This document shows positions 59,138-64,000 of a stretch of 64,000 nucleotides of DNA, piece by piece. How positions within the stretch are numbered: the stretch's first letter is position 1; every line of letters starts with the position of its first letter. This stretch comes from Squalus acanthias (lineage: Eukaryota), in assembly GCA_030390025.1 (NCBI GenBank), contig CM059432.1:118050001-118114000 (forward strand), given 5' to 3'. A program made the translations under genes and the position numbers. Under the pieces are notes generated by a model. The model saw only the letters and a program-made list of their open reading frames with translations, did no database searches and was not told the origin of the DNA.

Positions 59138-60650
59138 ATAAGAACATAAGAAGTAAGAGCAGGAGTAGGCCATACAGCCCCTCAAGCCTGCTCCACCATT
59201 CAATAAGATCATGGCTGATCATCGACCTCAACTCCACTTTCCTGCCCGATCTCCATATCCCTTGATACCCCTAGAGCCCAAAAATCTATCTATCTCAGCC
59301 TTGAATACACTCAAAGACTCAGCATTCACAGCCCTCTGGGGCAGAGAATTCCAAAGATTCACAGCCCTCTGAGTGAAGAAATTCTTCCTCATCTCAGTCT
59401 TAAATGGCCTACCCCTTATCCTGAGACTATGCCCCCTAGTTCTAGAAACTCCAGCCAGGGGAAACAACCTCTCAGCATCTACCCTGTCAATCCCCTTCAG
59501 AATCTTGTATGTTTCAATGAGATCACCTCTCATTCTTCTAAACTCCAGAGAGTATAGGCCCATTCTACACAATCTCTCATCATAGGACAGCCCTCTCATC
59601 TCAGGAATCAATCTAGTGAACCTTTGTTGCACCGCCTCCAAGGCAAGTATATCCTTCCTTAGATAAGGAGACCAAAACTGTGCACAGTACTCCAGGTGTG
59701 GTCTCACCAAGGCCCTGTACAATTGTAGCAAGACTTCCTTACTCTTATACTCCAACCCCCTTGCAATAAAGGCCAACATGCCATTTGCCTTCCTTATTGC
59801 TTGCTGTACCTGCATGCTAGCTTTCTGTGTTTCTTGCACGAGGACACCCAAATCTCTCTGAACACCAACCTTTGAAAGTTTCTCACCATTTAAAAAATAT
59901 TCTGTTTTTCTATTCTTCTGACCAAAGTGAATAACCTCACATTTCTCTACATTATACTCCATCTGCCACCTTACTGCCCACTCACTTAGTCTATCTATAT
60001 CCCTTTGCAAACTCTTTGTGTTCTCCTCACAGCTTACTGTACCACCTAGCTTTGTATTATCAGCAAACTTGGATACATTACACTTGGTCCCTTCATCTAG
60101 GTCATTAATATAGATTGTAAATAGCTGAGGCCCAACACTGATCCTTACGGCACCCCACTAGTTCCAGCCTGCCAACCTGAATAAGATCCGTGTATCCCTA
60201 CTCTCTGTTTTCTGTCCATTAACCAATCCTCTATCCATGCAACTGTATTACCCCCAACCCCATGAGTCCTAATCTTGTGTAATAACCTTTTATGTGGCAC
60301 CTTATTGAATGTCTTTAGGAAATCCAAATACACTACATCCACTGGTTCCCCTTTATCTACCCTGCTAGTTACATCCTCAAAAAACTCTAATAAATTTGTC
60401 AAACACGATTTCCCTTTCATAAAACCATGTTGACTCTGCCTAATCATGTTATGATTTTCTAAGTGACTTGAAATCACTTCCTTAACAATGGGTTCCAGCA
60501 TTTTCCCGATGACTGATGTCAGGCTAACTGGCCTGTAGTTCCTGTTTTTTCTCTCCCTCTTTCTTGAATAGCGGTGTTACATTTGCGACCTTCCAATCCG
60601 CTGGGACCAATGCATCCACTATCTCTTCAACCACCTCTTTTAGAACCCTT
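59138..60650 (-). mobile_element. 5'-truncated CR1 (RT domain and 3' UTR)
   Basis: ORFs 60145..60501 and 59228..60010 carry CR1 RT motifs; TTCTTATG tail. Confidence 0.93.
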
Positions 60651-60900
60651 ATCTGTTCCAGTATTTAGGGTAGACTGACTGTTAAAAACTTCAAAAGTTA
60701 TTTTTATCCTCCTATGCCATAATTTATTGAATAATTATGTTTGTTATATCAATTTGTTATTTGTTTAAAACAAGTCGAAATTTTCAAATTTTATCTGCGA
60801 GATACTTTCTTCAGTTCAGCATCACCTTCACTCCCGTAAGCATCCTCGGATCTGATACTATCCAGAGAGTACATTTTTTCTGCCTGCTATCTAGTTAAAC

Positions 60901-61483
60901 GATAGCAAAATACTGTGGATGCTGGAAATCCGAAATAACAACAGAAAACACTGGAAAAACTCAGCAGGCCAGGCAGCATCTGTGGCGAGAGAAACAGAGT
61001 TAACATTTCAGGTCGAAGACCTTTCGTCAGAACTGGAAAAAAGCAGGAAATGAAATAGATTTAAAGCAAGTATAATGCTGGGAAAAGGGGGAGGGGATGC
61101 AAGAAGAAAAGGGAAGGTCAGTGGTAGTATAGAAAGCAGGAGAGATTAGGAGACATTGAGAGACATTAAGAGACATTCAAGGCAAGAGGAGGTGGTAATG
61201 TGACAGGTTGAGGCTAGATGAAGTGTGAAATGCGCTGGCAGAATGAAGGACAGCTGCCAGCTTCTGGAGGGAAGAAAAAAAGGCCAAACAAAAGGGTGAT
61301 GAAAAAATAAAATAAAAAAATATATATATGTGATAGGGGCCAGGGTTATGATCTGAAATTGTTGAACTCTATATTGAGTCCAGAGGGCTGTAAAGTGCCT
61401 AAACGAAAGATGAGGTGCTGTTCCTCGAGCTTACGCTGAGCTTCCGTGGAACAATGCAAGAGGCCGAGGATGGTGAGGTCAGG
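60901..61483 (-). mobile_element. 5'-truncated Penelope-like element (endonuclease C-terminus, 3' region, hammerhead core at 61006-61030)
   Basis: LTILGLLHCSTEAQRKLEEQHLIFRLGTLQPSGLNIEFNNFRS*; 11-bp TSD TCTAGTTAAAC at 60890-60900 and 61484-61494. Confidence 0.9.
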
Positions 61484-61683
61484 TCTAGTTAAACATTGGC
61501 CTGAGCCAGGGATAATACCAAAGAAGCCTTGCTCTGTATACCAGCTCATGAAATATGAAATGTATCGCCATTTTAATTCCCTTTCTTTATTGAAGGCTGA
61601 TTGAAATAGCATTTTACAAAAATATGGCATAGCTTCAAAACATCAACAGGCTTGCTTATATAAAATACGACAGTGTAGCGGTT

Positions 61684-62180
61684 ATAAGAACATAAGAAAT
61701 AGGAGCAGGAGTACGTCATTCGGCCCCTCGAGCCTGCTCCGCCATTCAATAAGATCATGGCTGATATTCTACCTCATCTCCACTTTCCTGCACTATCCCC
61801 GTATCCCTTGATTCCCTTAATATCCAAAAATCTATCGATCTCTGTCTTGTATATACTCAACGACTGAGCCTCCACAGCCCTCTGGGGTAGAGAATTCCAA
61901 AGATTCACCACCCTCTGAATGAAGAAATGTCTCCTCATCTCAGTCGTAAATGGCCGACCCCTTATTCTGAGACTGTGACCCCTAGTTCTGGACTCCCCAG
62001 CCAGGGGAAACATCCTCCCTGCATCTACCCTGTCAAGCCCTGTAAGAATTTTATATGTTTCAATGAGATCACTTTGCATTCTTCTAAATTCTAGGGAATA
62101 ACGGCCTTGTAGCCTCAATCTCTCCTCAGAGGGAATCAGTCTGGTGAATCGTTGTTGCACTCCCTCTAAGGCAAGTATAT
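61684..62180 (-). mobile_element. CR1 3' fragment
   Basis: DILALEGVQQRFTRLIP...GESRTRGHSLRIRG; tail. Confidence 0.9.
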
Positions 62181-62184
62181 CCGA

Positions 62185-62445
62185 TTTGTCGTAAAAACCC
62201 AATGGATTCACTAATATCCTTTAGGGAAGGAAAACTTGTTGTCCTTATGCGGTCTGGCTTATAGGTGACTCGAGTCCCACATCAATGTGGTTGACTCTCA
62301 ACTGTCCTCTGAAGTGGCCTAACAAGCCACTCAGTTGTATCAAACCCCTAGAAGGAAAAACAAGAATTAAACCTGACGGACCACTCGGCTGTGACCTAGG
62401 CATTGAATCAGGACACAACAAAGGCACACCCAGCCCAGTGGACCT
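62185..62445 (+). mobile_element. SINE body fragment (family of 19690-20150)
   Basis: TCGTAAAAACCC...TTCACTAAT.TCCTTTAGGGAAGGAAA...ATGTGGTTGACTCT.AACTG. Confidence 0.7.
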
Positions 62446-63540
62446 TGCATTGGCAGGTATCCAATCACTGATGAAAACTGAAGTTCAGTTTACTGTGTAC
62501 CTACCTATTAAGAACCTTTGCTTGCTTAATTTAATTGTTATTGATTCAGAATTCATGCATTTTATACCCCTTTCAATAAAGGATTTTTGACATATTAAAA
62601 AACACCGCCAGTGTACTCCTGTTTGTTTAAACTTGATTTATAAATGAGACATGGGGATTGTAACAGTAGTGATGGTGCAATACAGCGACAAAATTGATGA
62701 GATCACATAGTGCTTTAGATTGCAATTTCATTGTGTCCTAACAATGTGAATTTATTATGTTTTTATTCTATTTCAAACTCGCAGGTTAATTGATAGTCTG
62801 TTTAAACTATTTGAGCTATAAACAGCCTTGAACTTCAAGGTTTCTTGTTTTTCCATATAATAAATTCAGGTACACCCCCAGGGACTACTTCAATCTCATA
62901 CAGAAAACTGGTATATAGCAGTCTAACACCAACTAGTTATCTTCAGCCTAGCTCTTAACTGAAAACTAGAAACTTTCAAATTGTTAGAAAAATGGTCATA
63001 GAATTGCAACCTGGCGGATTACGATAATATCATGAAAGATGTCATGTATATGTGCCCTCAAAAAAAAAGATTACTGGTTTTGCAGTTGCCATCCTGGTCG
63101 TTAGGACAGGGACCAATTTCAGTGGTTAGTTTAAATCTCCTGTTCCATGCTTACTGAGGAAGCTGTTTGTTGTACAAACATTTGAAGGAAACTCAGCTTG
63201 TACAGTTTGGTAAGAATGCTGTTATGCTTAATTATGGAGAGAACATAGTCCTGTAAAAAAAACATATCTCATGGGCTGAACAATGCAACTCATGGTGCAA
63301 AAAATCATTAGTCAATTTGCATTCTATTTCCAACACCATTTCACAGCAGGGTACCTTTATAAGGACACCAGAGATAAAACAGTATAATTCAATACAGCGC
63401 AGATTTATAGTTTATTTTGTTCCTCGGCATCAAAAATTGTTTTAAAGGAAGACATTTTTTTAAGACACTTGGTCCTCTGTAATATAATCAGGCAATATGA
63501 CAGCAATAAATTCTCAACTTCGTGGAATGATATGTCATTA

Positions 63541-63642
63541 CATAGAATGTACAGCACAGAAACAGGCCATTCGGCCCAACTGGTCCATGCTGGTGTTTTT
63601 GCTCCACACGAGCCTCCTCCCACCCCTCTTCATCTAACCCTA
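63541..63642 (-). mobile_element. CR1 3' UTR tip (same type as 2160-2260)
   Basis: ACAGCACAGAAACAGGCCATTCGGCCCAACTGGTCCATGCTGGTGTTT. Confidence 0.8.
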
Positions 63643-64000
63643 GCGGAGTCAGGTGTGAGGTCGGAGATCTCGGGACCGGGAGTGGCGGTGATTATGGTAA
63701 GTACCTTTTTATTACTTGCGTGGTGTTTAGCGTTGGTTTTCCCGGAGGCAATCAGCACTGGTGCTGCCTGCCTCAGGGCAAACCAAAGTTGCGGCAGGGA
63801 CCAGAAGCAGGCGTTAGGCCCCTTATTTGCATAAGCAAATGGACTAACGTCTGCTTCAGACGTGGGAAAACGACGCCTCTTCTTTGTCCTTTACCAAGAT
63901 GGCGTCTGGTGAGATTCATTGCAGAAGAGTGCGCGTGCGCATAGAACGCCATTTTGGTCCCCAAACAGCACCCACAGTGTCCAAGCAATGGGCGCTACTG

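Noticed and set aside
62770..62940. Possible acceptor sites and exon in unique AT-rich sequence
   Set aside because: There is no sustained open frame, recognisable protein motif or clear donor.

Overview
This window is eukaryotic, almost entirely repeat-derived DNA, most likely from a cartilaginous fish (shark-type CR1 LINEs, Deu-domain tRNA SINEs, Penelope-like elements and many PIF/Harbinger derivatives). I found no convincing host-gene exon. Main contents: (i) one full-length CR1 LINE with both ORFs intact (29576-34680, minus), nested in a decayed two-gene Harbinger transposon; (ii) many truncated CR1, L2 and RTEX-like LINE pieces and SINEs; (iii) Harbinger elements ranging from autonomous-type fossils to MITEs with 3-bp TSDs; (iv) a Penelope-like element (RT + GIY-YIG) with a hammerhead-ribozyme core and long TSDs; (v) two solo LTRs and one deleted LTR element with a tRNA-Arg-like primer binding site; (vi) an old, fragmented hAT transposase. 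The most interesting signal is at the CR1 ORF1/ORF2 junction. A U_UUA_AAC slippery heptamer sits in the correct phase directly before the ORF1 stop, and the -1 frame is open into ORF2. The same arrangement occurs in a second CR1 copy whose downstream sequence has diverged, which suggests programmed -1 ribosomal frameshifting. Family assignments rest on motif recognition only. Boundaries not supported by a TSD are approximate.
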